This document shows, one piece after another, positions 48,806-61,800 of a stretch of DNA of 64,000 nucleotides. Source of the stretch: Eledone cirrhosa (Eukaryota); NCBI GenBank assembly GCA_964016885.1, contig OZ024740.1, forward strand, positions 17,980,001-18,044,000. The letters run 5' to 3'. The translations under genes were made by a program, and so were the position numbers. The notes under the pieces are model-generated. The model was given only the letters and a program-made list of their open reading frames with translations. It was not told the origin of the DNA and ran no database searches. Position 1 is the stretch's first letter. Every line of letters starts with the position of its first letter.

Positions 48806-49262
48806 AATTAAGATAAACTATTTTCTCCTACACACTAATGACTCAATTTTTCTCCAAAATATGTTTAGAAAAGCAGTGTTTATTGTGCTGTATTGTGTGT
48901 GATAGTGTGTGCATGCATGTGTGTGTGTGATAGTGTGTGTGCGTGTGTGTGATAGTGTGTGTGTATGTAGCAGCAACAGGACTAAAGAAACACGACACAC
49001 CTATCTCAGGTATTATGTCTGTTATTCCAGTAACTAGGTGTGAAACACATCTCTCTTAACATTGTCATACAGTACTCCATAGTTTGTATATTGTTGTCTA
49101 AGGTGTAATAGGTGTAAAATGTGACAATTACCTCATACACATCTTTGAATCAGTAATATTTTTGTTGTTTAGCCCCAGGCAGGACTGGAATAACCCCTTT
49201 TCAGGCCTTAAGCACTTAAAAGATTATGGTGTCCCCACCCCATTTATGAAGACAAATATAAA

Positions 49263-49520
49263 TTCTTCTTCTCCCACTTATTTCTGAGAGGGTCGTGGGG
49301 TCAGAGTCCTCAAACACTCCTTCCAGCAGGTCCTGTCAGAAGTAACCACCTCCAACTGATCCAGATGGATCCCCAAGCATGACCATCCAAGCTCATGGAT
49401 GTTATTCAACCATCTTGCTCGGGGGTCTACCCCTGGGTCTCCTGCCAGTTGGTTTTGCCCATAAAATCTGTCCAGCAATTCTTTCCAGAGACATTCTAAC
49501 CAGATGGCCATAAAATCGGG
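49263..49520 (-). mobile_element. 3' fragment of an RTE LINE of a different family
   Basis: PRARWLNNIHELGWSCLGIHLDQLEVVTSDRTCWKECLRTLTPRP resembles an RTE C-terminus; (GAA)n tail. Confidence 0.7.
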
Positions 49521-49633
49521 ACTGTGATCACCTAATTCGGAGAAGTAGAATCAATTTGACTAAAATGGAGCCCTCTTCCCTTGATGCCCTAAGCATGTCT
49601 CTATTTTGTTTAACAGTTAATCTCACCTATGAA

Positions 49634-50200
49634 GGTATGTGGTTTAGTGGTTAGAGTATTTGGTACAGGATCATAAAGCCATGAGTTCGATTCCCAGCGG
49701 CACATTGTGTCCTTGAGCAAGACACTTTATTTCATGTTGCTTCAGTCCACTCAGCTGGCAAAAATGAGTTGTACCTGTAATTCAAAGGACCAGCCTTATC
49801 ACATTCTGTGTCACACTGAATCTCCCTGAGAACTACGTTAAGAGTATGCATGTCTGTGGAATGCTCAGCCACTTACACATTAATTTCATGAGCAGGCTGT
49901 TCCGTTGATCGCATCAACTGGAACATTCAATGTCATAACATACTGTGTCATGCTGAATCTTCCTGAGAATTACAATAAGGGTGCATGTGTTTGTGGAATA
50001 CTCAGCCACTTACACTATAGTACAAGATGGACTAAACCTGTAATTCAAAGGCCCAGCCTTGTCACACACTGTGTCATGTTGACTCTTTCTGAGAACGACA
50101 TCAAGGGTACATTTCTGTTGTGGAATACTCTACCAATTACTCCCTAATTTCATGGATAGGCTGTTCCATTGATCAACCCACTAGAACACCCAATAGCAGC
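49634..50200 (+). mobile_element. tRNA-derived SINE with a V/Meta-like body and a duplicated 3' part
   Basis: A box tggtttagtgg, B box gagttcgattcc, gtgtccttgagcaagacact; body segment repeated at about 49940 and 50036. Confidence 0.75.
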
Positions 50201-50384
50201 CCATTTCATGTTATTTATCTCTCAACACTGAAACCCTGGCAATCAATTTTCAAAGAAGATCTCCATAGGACTGGACTGGGAAACTATGATGCTGCAGCTG
50301 ATTGTGTAAATTCGAGAAGACTCATTGCCCAATATATCCCAGGGCATGAGAGGACCTAAGACTAAGACTAAGACTCTGATCTAG

Positions 50385-52446
50385 TTGTGAGATCCCTGGA
50401 AGGTCAGACCCACTCTAATGTACTTGTGAGATCCCTGGAAGGTCAGACCCACTCTAATGTACTTGTGTGATCCCTGGAAGGTCAGACCCACTCTAATGTA
50501 CTTGTGTGATCCCTGGAAGGTCAGACCCACTCTAATGTACTTGTGTGATCCCTGGAAGGTCAGACCCACTCTAATGTACTTGTGTGATCCCTGGAAGGTC
50601 AGACCCACTCTAATGTACTTGTGTGATCCCTGGAAGGTCAGACCCACTCTAATGTACTTGTGTGATCCCTGGAAGGTCAGACCCACTCTAATGTACTTGT
50701 GTGATCCCTGGAAGGTCTGACCTACTCTAATGTACTTGTGTGATCCCTGGAAGGTCTGACCTACTCTAATGTACTTGTGTGATCCCTGGAAGGTCTGACC
50801 TACTCTAATGTACTTGTGAGATCCCTGGAAGGTCAGACCCACTCTAATACACTTGTGTGATCCCTGGAAGGTCAGACCCACTCTAATACACTTGTGTGAT
50901 CCCTGGAAGGTCTGACCTACTCTAATGTACTTGTGTGATCCCTGGAAGGTCAGACCCACTCTAATGTACTTGTGTGATCCCTCGAAGGTCAGACCCACTC
51001 TAATGTACTTGTGTGATCCCTGGAAGGTCAGACCCACTCTAATGTACTTGTGTGATCCCTGGAAGGTCAGACCCACTCTAATGTACTTGTGTGATCCCTG
51101 GAAGGTCAGACCCACTCTAATGTACTTGTGTGATCCCTGGAAGGTCAGACCCACTCTAATGTACTTGTGTGATCCCTGGAAGGTCAGACCCACTCTAATG
51201 TACTTGTGTGATCCCTGGAAGGTCAGACCCACTCTAATGTACTTGTGTGATCCCTGGAAGGTCAGACCCACTCTAATGTACTTGTGTGATCCCTGGAAGG
51301 TCTGACCTACTCTAATGTACTTGTGTGATCCCTGGAAGGTCTGACCTACTCTAATGTACTTGTGAGATCCCTGGAAGGTCAGACCCACTCTAATACACTT
51401 GTGTGATCCCTGGAAGGTCAGACCCACTCTAATACACTTGTGTGATCCCTGGAAGGTCTGACCTACTCTAATGTACTTGTGTGATCCCTGGAAGGTCAGA
51501 CCCACTCTAATGTACTTGTGTGATCCCTGGAAGGTCAGACCCACTCTAATGTACTTGTGTGATCCCTGGAAGGTCAGACCCACTCTAATACACTTGTGAG
51601 ATCCCTGGAAGGTCAGACCCACTCTAATGTACTTGTGTGATCCCTGGAAGGTCTGACCTACTCTGGGATATTTGTGGGATCCCTGGAAGGTCAGACCTAC
51701 TCTGGGATATTTGTGGGATCCCTGGAAGGTCTAACCTACTCTGGGATATTTGTGGAATCCCTGGAAAGTCTGACCTACTCTGGGATATTTGTGGGATCCC
51801 TGGAAGGTCTGACCTACTCTAATGTATTTGTGGGATCCCTGGAAGGTCTGACCTACTCTAATGTATTTGTGGGATCCCTGGAAGGTCAGACCTACTCTGA
51901 GGAATTTGTGGGATCCCTGGAAGGTCTGACCTATTCTGGGATATTTGTGGGATCCCTGGAAGGTCTGGCCTACTCTGGGATATTTGTGGAATCCCTGGAA
52001 AGTCTGACCTACTCTGGGATATTTGTGGGATCCCTGGAAGGTCTGACCTACTCTAATGTATTTGTGGGATCCCTGGAAGGTCAGACCTACTCTAATGTAT
52101 TTGTGGGATCCCTGGAAGGTCAGACCTACTCTGAGGAATTTGTGGGATCCCTGGAAGGTCTGACCTACTCTGAGGAATTTGTGGGATCCCTGGAAGGTCT
52201 GGCCTACTCTGAGGAATTTGTGGGATCCCTGGAAGGTCTGACCTACTCTGAGGAATTTGTGGGATCCCTGGAAGGTCTGGCCTACTCTGGGATATTTGTG
52301 GGATCCCTGGAAGGTCTGACCTACTCTGGGATATTTGTGGGATCCCTGGAAGGTCTGGCCTACTCTGGGATATTTGTGGGATCCCTGGAAGGTCTGACCT
52401 ACTCTGGGATATTTGTGGGATCCCTGGAAGGTCTGACCTACTCTGA
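50385..52446. repeat. 39-bp minisatellite, about 53 copies, in two sub-arrays
   Basis: Unit gatccctggaaggtcagacccactctaatgtacttgtgt; variant units after about 51650. Confidence 0.97.
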
Positions 52447-52687
52447 TCTCAAATCTTTCAGGGATTCCACAAATACATTATTTAATGCATTTTTCCTAAG
52501 AGAGAAGAATGTGATTTGAGGAATATTTTACTGCTATTTCTAACAGATAGCGCTACCACGTACAGGCTCACTCAATGATATATGCATTCTCAAGTGGTGG
52601 CGATGGTGTTGTTTGATGTTTCTAAGGTGGTGGTGGAGATGGTGGTGGTTGATGAGAGCGTGCAGGTGTTTTAATCATTCATGCCAG

Positions 52688-53531
52688 TGTGTGTGTTCTT
52701 GTGGCTGATGGTGTGTGTGTGTGTACTGGTGGCTGATGGTTTGTGTGTGTGTGTCTACTTGTGGCTGATGGTGTGTGTGTGTGTACTGGTGGCTGATGGT
52801 GTGTGTGTGTGTACTGTTTGCTGATGGTATGTGTGTGTGTGTGTACTGGTGGCTGATGGTGTGTGTACTTGTGGCTGATGGTGTGTGTGTGTACTGGTGG
52901 CTGATGGTGTGTGTGTGTGTATGTGTACTGGTGGCTGATGGTGTGTGTGTGTGTGTGTCTACTTGTGGCTGATGGTGTGTGTGTGTGTGTACTGGTCGCT
53001 GATGGTGTGTGTGTGTGTACTGTTTGCTGATGGTATGTGTGTGTGTGTGTACTGGTGGCTGATGGTGTGTGTGTGTGTGTGTACTTGTGGCTGATGGTGT
53101 GTGTGTACTGTTTGCTGATGGTGTGTGTGTGTGTACTGGTGGCTGATGGTGTGTGTGTGTGTGTGTGTGTGTACTGTTTGCTGATGGTGTGTGTGTGTGT
53201 ACTAGTGGCTGATGGTGTGTGTGTGTGTGTGTGTACTGTTTGCTTATGGTATGTGTGTGTGTGTGTACTGGTGGCTGATGGTGTGTGTGTGTGTGTGTAC
53301 TGGTGGCTGATGGTGTGTGTGTGTGTGTGTGTACTTGTGGCTGATGGTGTGTGTGTGTGTGTACTGGTGGTTGACGGTGTCTGTGTGTGTGTACTGTTTG
53401 CTGATGGTGTGTGTGTGTGTGTACTGGTGGCTGATGGTGTATGTGTGTGTGTGTACTGGTGGCTGATGGTGTGTGTGTGTATGCGTGTGTACTAGTGGTT
53501 GATGGTGTGTGTGCGTGTACTAGTGGTTGAT

Positions 53532-53565
<34 letters not shown>

Positions 53566-53680
53566 AGTGGTTGATGGTGTGTGTGTGTGTGTACTAGTGG
53601 TTGATGGTGTGTGTGTGTACTAGTGGTTGATGGTGTGTGTGTGTGTGTGTGTGTGTGTACTAGTGGTTGATGGTGTGTGT
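52688..53680. repeat. Compound minisatellite: actggtggctgatg plus variable (GT)n
   Basis: Directly visible. Confidence 0.9.
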
Positions 53681-53869
53681 ATTTGTGCGTGGGAGGATTG
53701 TTCATATATATTCCACCTACAAAATGTACACACACACTTACACTCACACATACATACACACACTCACACACTCTCTCTCTCACACATACACACACACACA
53801 CACACACAACTTATGGAGTCAAGGAAGGAAACTCTCCAGGTCATTTGATCAGCTAAAAATAGCAGTGGA

Positions 53870-54080
53870 AGTGTGTGGCCTAGTGGTAAGTGTGTTAAAC
53901 TTACGATCATGTTGTAGGTTCAAATCCTGGTTGCTCCGGTATACTCAGCAACAACTGGGGGTTTAACCCTGCGATGGACTGGAGTCCTGTCCAGGAGGAA
54001 ATCTTGTACTCTCTGTCACTTCATGCCACGGAAACCAGGATAAGCACCGGCCTGATGAGCTTTCTAGCTTGAGACAGGGA
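53870..54080 (+). mobile_element. tRNA-derived MetaSINE-like element
   Basis: A box tggcctagtgg, B box ggttcaaatcc, aaccctgcgatggactgg...cggaaaccaggataagc.ccggcctgatg. Confidence 0.7.
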
Positions 54081-54159
54081 TTAGACATTTTTAGACTGAT
54101 GGCTAATGGTGTGTGTGGGTGATAGATATATATCTACGGTGGTTAAAATTCCCGAGATC

Positions 54160-54290
54160 CATGGACGAGTTCTCTCCAGCGGTCTCTGTCCCTCATTATC
54201 GCTGCCATGTCCTGCGTCTCCAAGAGACCAGTGTCTGTCCTTAGTGCATCAACATATGTTAACCTTGGTCTTCCTCTTCCAGTGTGGGGA
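54160..54290 (-). mobile_element. 3' coding remnant of an RTE/RTEX-like LINE
   Basis: Minus strand GRGRPRLTYVDALRTDTGLLETQDMAAIMRDRDRWRELV. Confidence 0.6.
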
Positions 54291-54986
54291 ATGTGGAGTT
54301 ACCTGCTCTGGCCTGGAGTAGTAGTACCTGTTAGGGCCCCATTTATGGGTTAAATAACTACCTTATTCAAGTGGTACCGGTAAGGTATTATCAGCCACTG
54401 AAAAGAACATGGAGAGTGTATTTAACAGCACTAGGGTTAGAGCCCCTAACTACACTGTCAAGGAGCAGTCTGGTCGTTATGACTCTGCTGACTTAGAGCC
54501 ACAGGGTGATAGATATTCCACCTACAAAATATACACACACTCACACAACCTATGGAGTGAAGGAGGGAAACTCTCTAGGGTCGTCTGACCTGCTAAAAAT
54601 AGCAACTAAATCTTCCCCCAAATCACACCTGCCACATTAAAAAATGTAACATGCTAAATGATGTCATTCTGGGTTCCCTACACAGGGGAAAATATATTGT
54701 ATATTAACCTCTAAGAAATATCAGGTAATTCATACCTAGGTTTCACATAACACGTGGGAGTAATTTAGATCATCAAAAGAAGACAGTTAATGTTGTAACT
54801 ATCTCATGACCATTGTGGTTATACCAGGTGAGGCAGGTGAGATAGGTGAGGCAGGTGAGACAGGGTTCAGTGGTGGGGCTTCATAGATAATGTCATTGGC
54901 TCTTTTGTTTTCTTAAAATTCAATACAGACTTGGTCTGTGAAGACCTGTCCTACCCTTGCTAGCAGATGATGATAACACATATATA

Positions 54987-55148
54987 TAAATGTGGTTGGC
55001 GTTAGGAAAGGCATCCAGCCATAGAAACTTGAAACAGTTCTGTATGAGCAAGACACAGTCGCCTAACTCGACTTGCCTCTAATGGGACAACCTGTCTAAC
55101 CCATGCTAGTGTGGAAAATGGAAGTTAAAGGATGATGACGATGATGAT
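54987..55148 (+). mobile_element. RTE-derived 3' module with (GAT)n tail
   Basis: gtggttggcgttaggaaaggcatccagcc...ggacaacctgtctaacccatgctag; similar to 21785-21956. Confidence 0.75.
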
Positions 55149-55379
55149 ATATATATATTTGAAAGTAAGGTTTTTTTTAAATATCTCCCACACGGGTAAA
55201 AATATTGGAAAAAGAAATTGTAAATACAATTGGAGTCTTTAAAAAGGTTTATTTACAATAACTTATAACTTTACTGGTTTCACAATTTTCATGATTTTAA
55301 AAAATTAAAAGAGATGGAGAGATGTGTAACGTATATACCTATATTTATATATATATATATATATATACATATACGCGCG

Positions 55380-55411
<32 letters not shown>

Positions 55412-55744
55412 AACGGAAAAAATGAAACGAAATTTCATTTCCCACTCTTAGTACGGCTGTTACTTAAATATAAGTATGTACACGTACATACATATATGTA
55501 TACAGACGTACAGTAGTATGTATATATATATACATACATGCACACATATATATATGTACGTATGGATTCACCGAACATTTATTATAATGCTCGGTGTGTT
55601 TGTAAACAAACATCCCGTATTAAGCCGTAGTGTCTAGCAACCATCGTTGCTCGTTTGTTCAACACGCAGTCTAGTATTGCCTGTGTGAAGTGACCGAGTT
55701 TCTGCGCATGTGCGTTTGTACAGTTGTCCTTCCTGTTCCTATAA

Positions 55745-55800
55745 CCATACACATCCCGAGCTGAAGATCCGCGAATGTGAAACAATTGTTCTCGGTATGG
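55745..55800 (+). ncRNA. Hammerhead ribozyme with bulged extended stem I
   Basis: CCAUA(cacauc)CCGAG-CUGAAGA-weak stem II-GAAAC AAUU GUU-CUCGG UAUGG. Confidence 0.65.
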
Positions 55801-56169
55801 TGAACTAACTGTTGTGTAACCACTTCAAAAGAGAATTATTCATATATATATATATATATATATATAATTATATATATATAAATAATTACTTTGCCAGAAA
55901 AGGAAGGTTCAGTGCTCATGATGCTTTTCGGGTCCTCTGAGATTGATGGGAGAAAGAGTGAAAGACTTGGTCTGTTTGCAATAAAGTAGACACTACTAAC
56001 CCTAACCCAAGGACCAAGTGGCTGTGTTAAACTGGATGATCAGTTAAGTCTACCATCTAAGAAACACAGTTTACAAGGAGAGCTGTATAGTTGGATCAAA
56101 CCCCAAATCATTTGCGTTCCAAAGGACATTTCTTAACCACAGTCATGCCTGCTATTAAGATTATTTATA

Positions 56170-56642
56170 ATGATTTCAAATTTAGGTGCAAGTCCAAAAT
56201 ATTGGGAGGTGGTAAGTTGGTTACATTGACTCCAGTGTGTTATTAGAACTTCATTTTATCGACCCTGTAATAATTGTTTCTACTTTAGGCACAAGGCCAG
56301 CAATTATCCCAGTGTATTACTGGTACTTTATTTTATCGACCCCGTAAGGATGAAAGGCAAAGTTAACCTCGGCGGGATTTGAACTCAGACCATAAAGGGC
56401 CGTAACTCTTTGCTGCAAAATAATAATGATTTATGATTTAGGCACAAGGCCAACAATTTGGGGGAGGGGAAAGTCAATTAAAATGACCCCAGTGCATTAC
56501 GGGTACTTTATTTTGCTGACCGTGTAAGGATGAAAGGCAAAACTAACCATGGGGGGATTTGAACTCAGAATGTAAAAAACTGTAACTATTTGCCACAATG
56601 TATGTTGTCCGACACTCTACCGATTCTACCAGTCCACCACTT
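56170..56642 (-). mobile_element. Cluster of tRNA-derived SINEs (Nin/Deu-like domain): two larger copies and one partial
   Basis: Reverse complement of gagttcaaatcc...tttgcctttcatcctt.cggggtcgataaaataaagtacc. Confidence 0.8.
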
Positions 56643-56800
56643 CTAATAATATTTATAATAAGAATGTAATTAAGAATGTAATTAATTAATACACTGAAGG
56701 AGGTTATAAATTAGTTTTTTGATGTTAAATTCATCATCAGAGTCCTGAAATAATTAGAAAAAGATCTGGACAGATTTTTAGCCAATTGTTATAACAACAG

Positions 56801-57390
56801 GGTCATGGTGGTGATGATGATGGTGGTGGTGGTTGTGGTGGTGGTGGTGGTGGTGGTGGTGGTGGTGGTGATGGTGGTTGTGGTGGTGATTGTGTTGTGA
56901 TGGTGATGATGGAGGTAGTGGTGGTGGTGGTGGTGGTGGTGGTGGTGGTGGTGATGGTGGTTGTGGTGGTTGTGGTGATGATTGTGGTGGTTGTTGTTGT
57001 TGTGGTGGTGGTGGTGGTCATGGTGATGATGATGGTGGTGGAGGTGATGATGTTGGTGGTGGTGGTGCTAGTGGTGTTGTTTCTGGTGATGTTATTGGTG
57101 GTGTTGCTGGTAGTAGCAGTGGTGGCAGTGGTTGTAGTGGTGTTCTGTGGTAGTGGTGATAGTGGTGGTGCTGCTACTGCTGTTAGCTGTGGTTTTTGTG
57201 GTGGTGGTGATGATGGTGGTAGTGGTGGTTGTGGGTGATGCTGATGCTGCTACTGCTGGTGATGGTGATGGTGATGGTAGTAGTCTGTGATGGTGGAAGC
57301 AGTGATGAGAGTGGCAGTGATGATGATGATAGTGATGTAGATGTTAGTGATGTTGATATTGATGATGATGATGGTAGTGTTAGTAGTTTA
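56801..57390. repeat. (GGT)/(GAT)n degenerate trinucleotide repeat
   Basis: Directly visible. Confidence 0.9.
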
Positions 57391-57509
57391 ACCCCAGGTC
57401 GACCCTGACCTGGGGTCTAATACATTACAACAATGATCTGATGGTTTGTTTGTTCCTCTATTCAGGTATCAGTTATATTACATTATCTAACAGATATTAT
57501 TGGTTTTAA

Positions 57510-57700
57510 GGGCGGTGGATTGGCAGTATCGGTAAGGGTCGGACGCCATGCTTTGAAGCATAGAGTTACCTCCCTTTATGATCTGAGTTCAAATCCCGCC
57601 GAGGTTAACTTTGCCTTTCATCCTTATGGGGTCGATAAAATAAAGTACCAGTAATACACTGGAATAATTGCTGGCCTTGTGCCAAAAGTAGAAACAATTA
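57510..57700 (+). mobile_element. tRNA-derived SINE, same family as 56271-56420
   Basis: A box tggcagtatcgg, B box gagttcaaatcc, Nin-like body. Confidence 0.8.
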
Positions 57701-57752
57701 TTGGTTTTAAGGAAGGAGTGTATGATTTGGTTGAGTGACCACATAGAGGGTC

Positions 57753-58833
57753 TAGGTAGGTAGGTAGGTAGGTAGGTGGGTAGGTAGGTGGGTGGGTGGA
57801 TGGGTAGGTGGGTAGGTAGGTAGGTGGGTAGGTATGTGGGTGGGTGGGTGGGTTGGTGGGTAGGTGGGGGTGTGGGTAGGTATGTAGGTGGGTGGGTGGT
57901 GGGTAGGTGGGTGGGTGGGTGGGTGGGTAGGTATGTAGGTGGTGGGGAGGGAGGGAGGGAGGTAGGTAGGTAGGTAGGTAGGTAGGGAGGTGGGTAGGTA
58001 GGTGGGTGGGTGGGTAGGTAGGTATGTAGGTAGGTATGTAGGTAGGTATGTAGGTAGGTAGGTAGGTAGGTAGGTAGGTGGGTAGGTAGGTAGGGAGGGA
58101 AGTAGGTAGGTAGGTAGGTGGGTGGGTGGGTAGGTGTGTGGGTAGGTAGGTGGGTGGGTAGGTAGGTAGGTATGTAGGTAGGTAGGTAGGTAGGTAGGTA
58201 GGTAGGTAGGGAGGGAGGTAGGTAGGTAGGGAGGTAGGTAGGTAGGTAGGTAGGTAGGTAGGTAGGTAGGTAGGTAGGTAGGTAATAGGTAGGTAGGGAG
58301 GGAGGGAGGGAGGGAGGTAGGTAGGTAGGGAGGTAGGTAGGTAGGTAGGTAGGTAGGTAGGTAGGGAGGGAGGTAGGTAGGTAGGGAGGGAGGTAGGTAG
58401 GTAGGTAGGTAGGTGGGTAGGTAGGTAGGGAGGGAAGTAGGTAGGTAGGTAGGTGGGTGGGTGGGTAGATGTGTGGGTAGGTAGGTGGGTAGGTAGGTAG
58501 GTATGTAGGTAGGTAGGTAGGTAGGTAGGGAGGGAGGTAGGTAGGTAGGGAGGTAGGTAGGTAGGTAGGTAGGTAGGTAGGTAGTAGGTAGGTGGGTAGG
58601 TAGGTAGGGAGGTAGGTAGGTAGGTAGGTAGGTAGGGAGTTGGGTAGGTAGGTAGGGAGGTAGGTAGGTAGGTAGGTAGGTAGGTAGGTAGGTGGGTGGG
58701 TAGAAGGTAGGTAGGGAGGTAGGTAGGTAGGGAGTTGGGTAGGTAGGTAGGGAGGTAGGTAGGTAGGTAGGTAGGTAGGTAGGTAGGTAGGTGGGTGGGT
58801 AGAAGGTAGGTAGGTAGGTAGGTAGATAGGTAA
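57753..58833. repeat. (GGTA)n / (TACC)n microsatellite
   Basis: Directly visible. Confidence 0.95.
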
Positions 58834-61800
58834 TTTTCTTTTTATTTGCCATCAGGGCATCAAAAAGTGGGACAAGTACAATGGGGGCAGTTTACATGCA
58901 AAGGCGTCCACAATATGGAGGAGGCAATAACTAGATATAAAAGTATTAAAATAAAATAAAATATAACAACCCATCTTTCATAAAAACGGCTGGGGTGCAG
59001 CACCTCTCTCTCCATCCTGATCCTTCTTCCGAAATGATATCGGAAGAAACGGACCAGTTGTTGGCCAGAGAGAAAGGTGTCTGACCTCAGTCCTTTCAGA
59101 CGCGTCCACCATACAACCTCTTTCGCCATGGCTATTACGCACAGAAACACCGCCTCTCCTTCGTCTTTGAAGAGGGGAGGCGGCTTGATCGTTACAATAG
59201 ACTCGGTGGTCAACCGGATCGGTCCCACCCTTGACAGCAGTTGTTCGACATAGCCCCACAGATCGGCAATGCCCGAGCAGTGTACCAATGCGTGTGCAAC
59301 GGTTTCCTCGTCGCACACGCATCTGGGACAGATCTTTTTCGATGGGTCCCTACCCGGGCGCCCGTGTCTGTAGAGCCTTTCTCGAATGGGCAGAGCCCCT
59401 CGGTAACACTGCCAGGCCAGGGACCTCTGGAAGTTATCCATGGGTCCCGGGCTGAATCTCCTACCGAACAGGTTGTCCAGTTCGTCTTCCTCCATGCCTA
59501 GGGCTTCTCCGAGGGCGTCGTCGCACCTGCTAACCACCAGCCCTCTATAGAATGACGAGGTGGATTCTCCACTGACAGCCGGGTCCGCCTGCCAGAGAGC
59601 CGTGAGCGCCTGGGCACACTCGGTGTGCCAGGTGCCCAGTTTTCTCGGTCTTTGCTTGACCCAAGATTGCAGCTCGGTGAGTGAGACGAGTCTGGGAAAG
59701 GCTCGCCTCATGAACGGGGCCCACACCGGTTGACCAGTGAGGAATACATGGAGGTGCCGTAGCCTTAATGCGTGTTTACGTATCATTAGCCACGGCATCC
59801 CCAGCCCTCCTTTCGAAGGGTGTTGACAGCAGATGGATCTCCTCACCATAGGAGCCCGCTTCTTCCAAAGGAATTGGAAGAGTGCGCGCTCCATTTTGGC
59901 AAGCGTTTCCCTTGCGCAAGGCACAACGGTCAGGCGGTAGTAGATGACGGACGCTATATAAGTGTTCGCCACCTCCGCCCGACCTTTCAGGGACAGTTTG
60001 CACTCGGCCCACTTCTGGGTCAGTGCAAACACCCTGTTCGTTACCTCACCCCAGTTCTTCTCCACCTGGAGGTCTGGTCCGAACCAGACCCCGAGCAACT
60101 TCACTGGGCCATCCGTCCAGCGCCCGACGACGCCATTGGAGGGCATCGATCTGCCCCTCCACGTGCCGAGTTGCAGACCGATCGACTTGTCCCGGTTCAG
60201 CTTAGACCCTGTAAACCTTTCGTACTCCTCTAGTAAGGTGCCGATCGCCCCGTTTTCCGAGGCCGCCGACACCATTACAGTTACGTCGTCGGCGTAGGCT
60301 GACACCGCTTTCCGCAATCCCGGTTCCAACGGGATGCCCTGCAACAACTCCAACTTCCGCAGCAGTGGCTCTAGAGTCATTACATACAGCAGGGAGGAGA
60401 GAGGGCACCCTTGTCGGATGGACCGCGCGATTTCGAACGGCTCCGAGAGGTAGCCGTTCACCTTGACCCTAGAGCAAATGCGGCTGCTGTGCATGGCATT
60501 GATCCAGCCCCTGAAAACGGGTCCGAAGCTTGCCGCCGCTAGCACCGCATCCAGGTAACCATGGTCGACCCTATCGAACGCCTTAAATTGATCCAAGTTG
60601 ATCAGGGCCCCACCAAAGCCGTGTTCGTTCCCAACCCTCTCTATGATGTATCGCATGAGGTGGAGGTTGTCGTGGATGGACCTGGACGGGATAGCACATG
60701 TCTGCGCATCTCCCACCAGGTTGCCCACGACAAGCGCCAACCTCTTTGCTAGCACCTTGGCCAAAATCTGTAACTCTGTATTTAGCAGAGTTATGGGCCT
60801 GAAATTATTTATATCGTCCCCCTTGTTCTCGTCCTTCCTCACTAGCGTGACTACGCTCTTGGTCACAGCACAGGGAATTCTCCTGTTCTGTTGCCAGTTG
60901 CAGTAGACCGCCTCGAGGAGATCGGGGAACAAGTCCGGCATAGCTAGATACAGTTCGTATGGAAGACCATCGAGACCCGGGGATTTGCGTTTGCCGCATT
61001 GGCTCAGAACGTCCTCTATCTCAGCGGCTGAAATCGGCTCCTCGCAGGGCTTCGCCTCCCTGTCCGAGAGACGCGGCAGGCCGTCGAGGTATGGACCGAA
61101 GTCCACATCCCCAACCGGCTCCCCGCCCCTTCCGAACAATCCAGCAAAGTGCTTTTGAAAAGCCTCGCACATCTGCTTAGGTTCAAGGATCACCCGTCCA
61201 TCCTGGTCTCGCAAAGACCGGATAGTGGATCTGCTCCCTCTTTTGGCTTCTGTCACGCGGGCCCAGCTAATAGCTTTGGTCCCCTAGAGCACGTATTTTG
61301 CTTCGGACGATGCAGCCTTCGTGTTTCGCGTCGAAGAACTGGCCCAGGGCCGTTCTCGACGCTAGCACTCTGGCCACGTCGCCGCTTCTAATTGCCTCTT
61401 CTACACTATCTACCAGCTCCCTTTCCTTCCTATTTCTATTTGAGGCTAACTCCTTACTAAATTCTATAGAGACTACTCTAATCTCTCTTTTGAGAGATCC
61501 CCACCACCTGCTGTTGACGATGGCGCCCGTCAACCGCTCCTTAACTAAAGTGCTAATCCGGTCCCTGTAAGCCTTACTTGCCGGTAAGGACAAGTTGAGC
61601 TCCAGTAACCGGATCCCTGTCTATGCGTTCTGTCAAGGTTGACCATGCAGCTCACTAACTTGTGGTCTGAATAGCCAACCATGCTCATTTTGGGACAACT
61701 TAAAAAGTCCTTATCCTTATTTCTAACTAAGAACCTATCTAGGTACGACCTAGATGATCCGCTGCGATTTACCCAAGTCCAGGTTGGCGCAGTCGGAAAA

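Noticed and set aside
50385-53680. CRISPR-like appearance of the 39-bp and GT-spaced repeats
   Set aside because: No unique spacers, no cas genes, eukaryotic context
54049-54078. CTGATGA in the SINE 3' part as a hammerhead
   Set aside because: Followed by GAGAC rather than GAAA, with no stem III or NUH; matches ordinary SINE body sequence
55997-56008. taaccctaaccc as an interstitial telomere
   Set aside because: Only two units, inside a dispersed repeat also seen at about 47890-47932
57752-58852. 366-aa PTYL-repeat ORF
   Set aside because: Translation of (TACC)n
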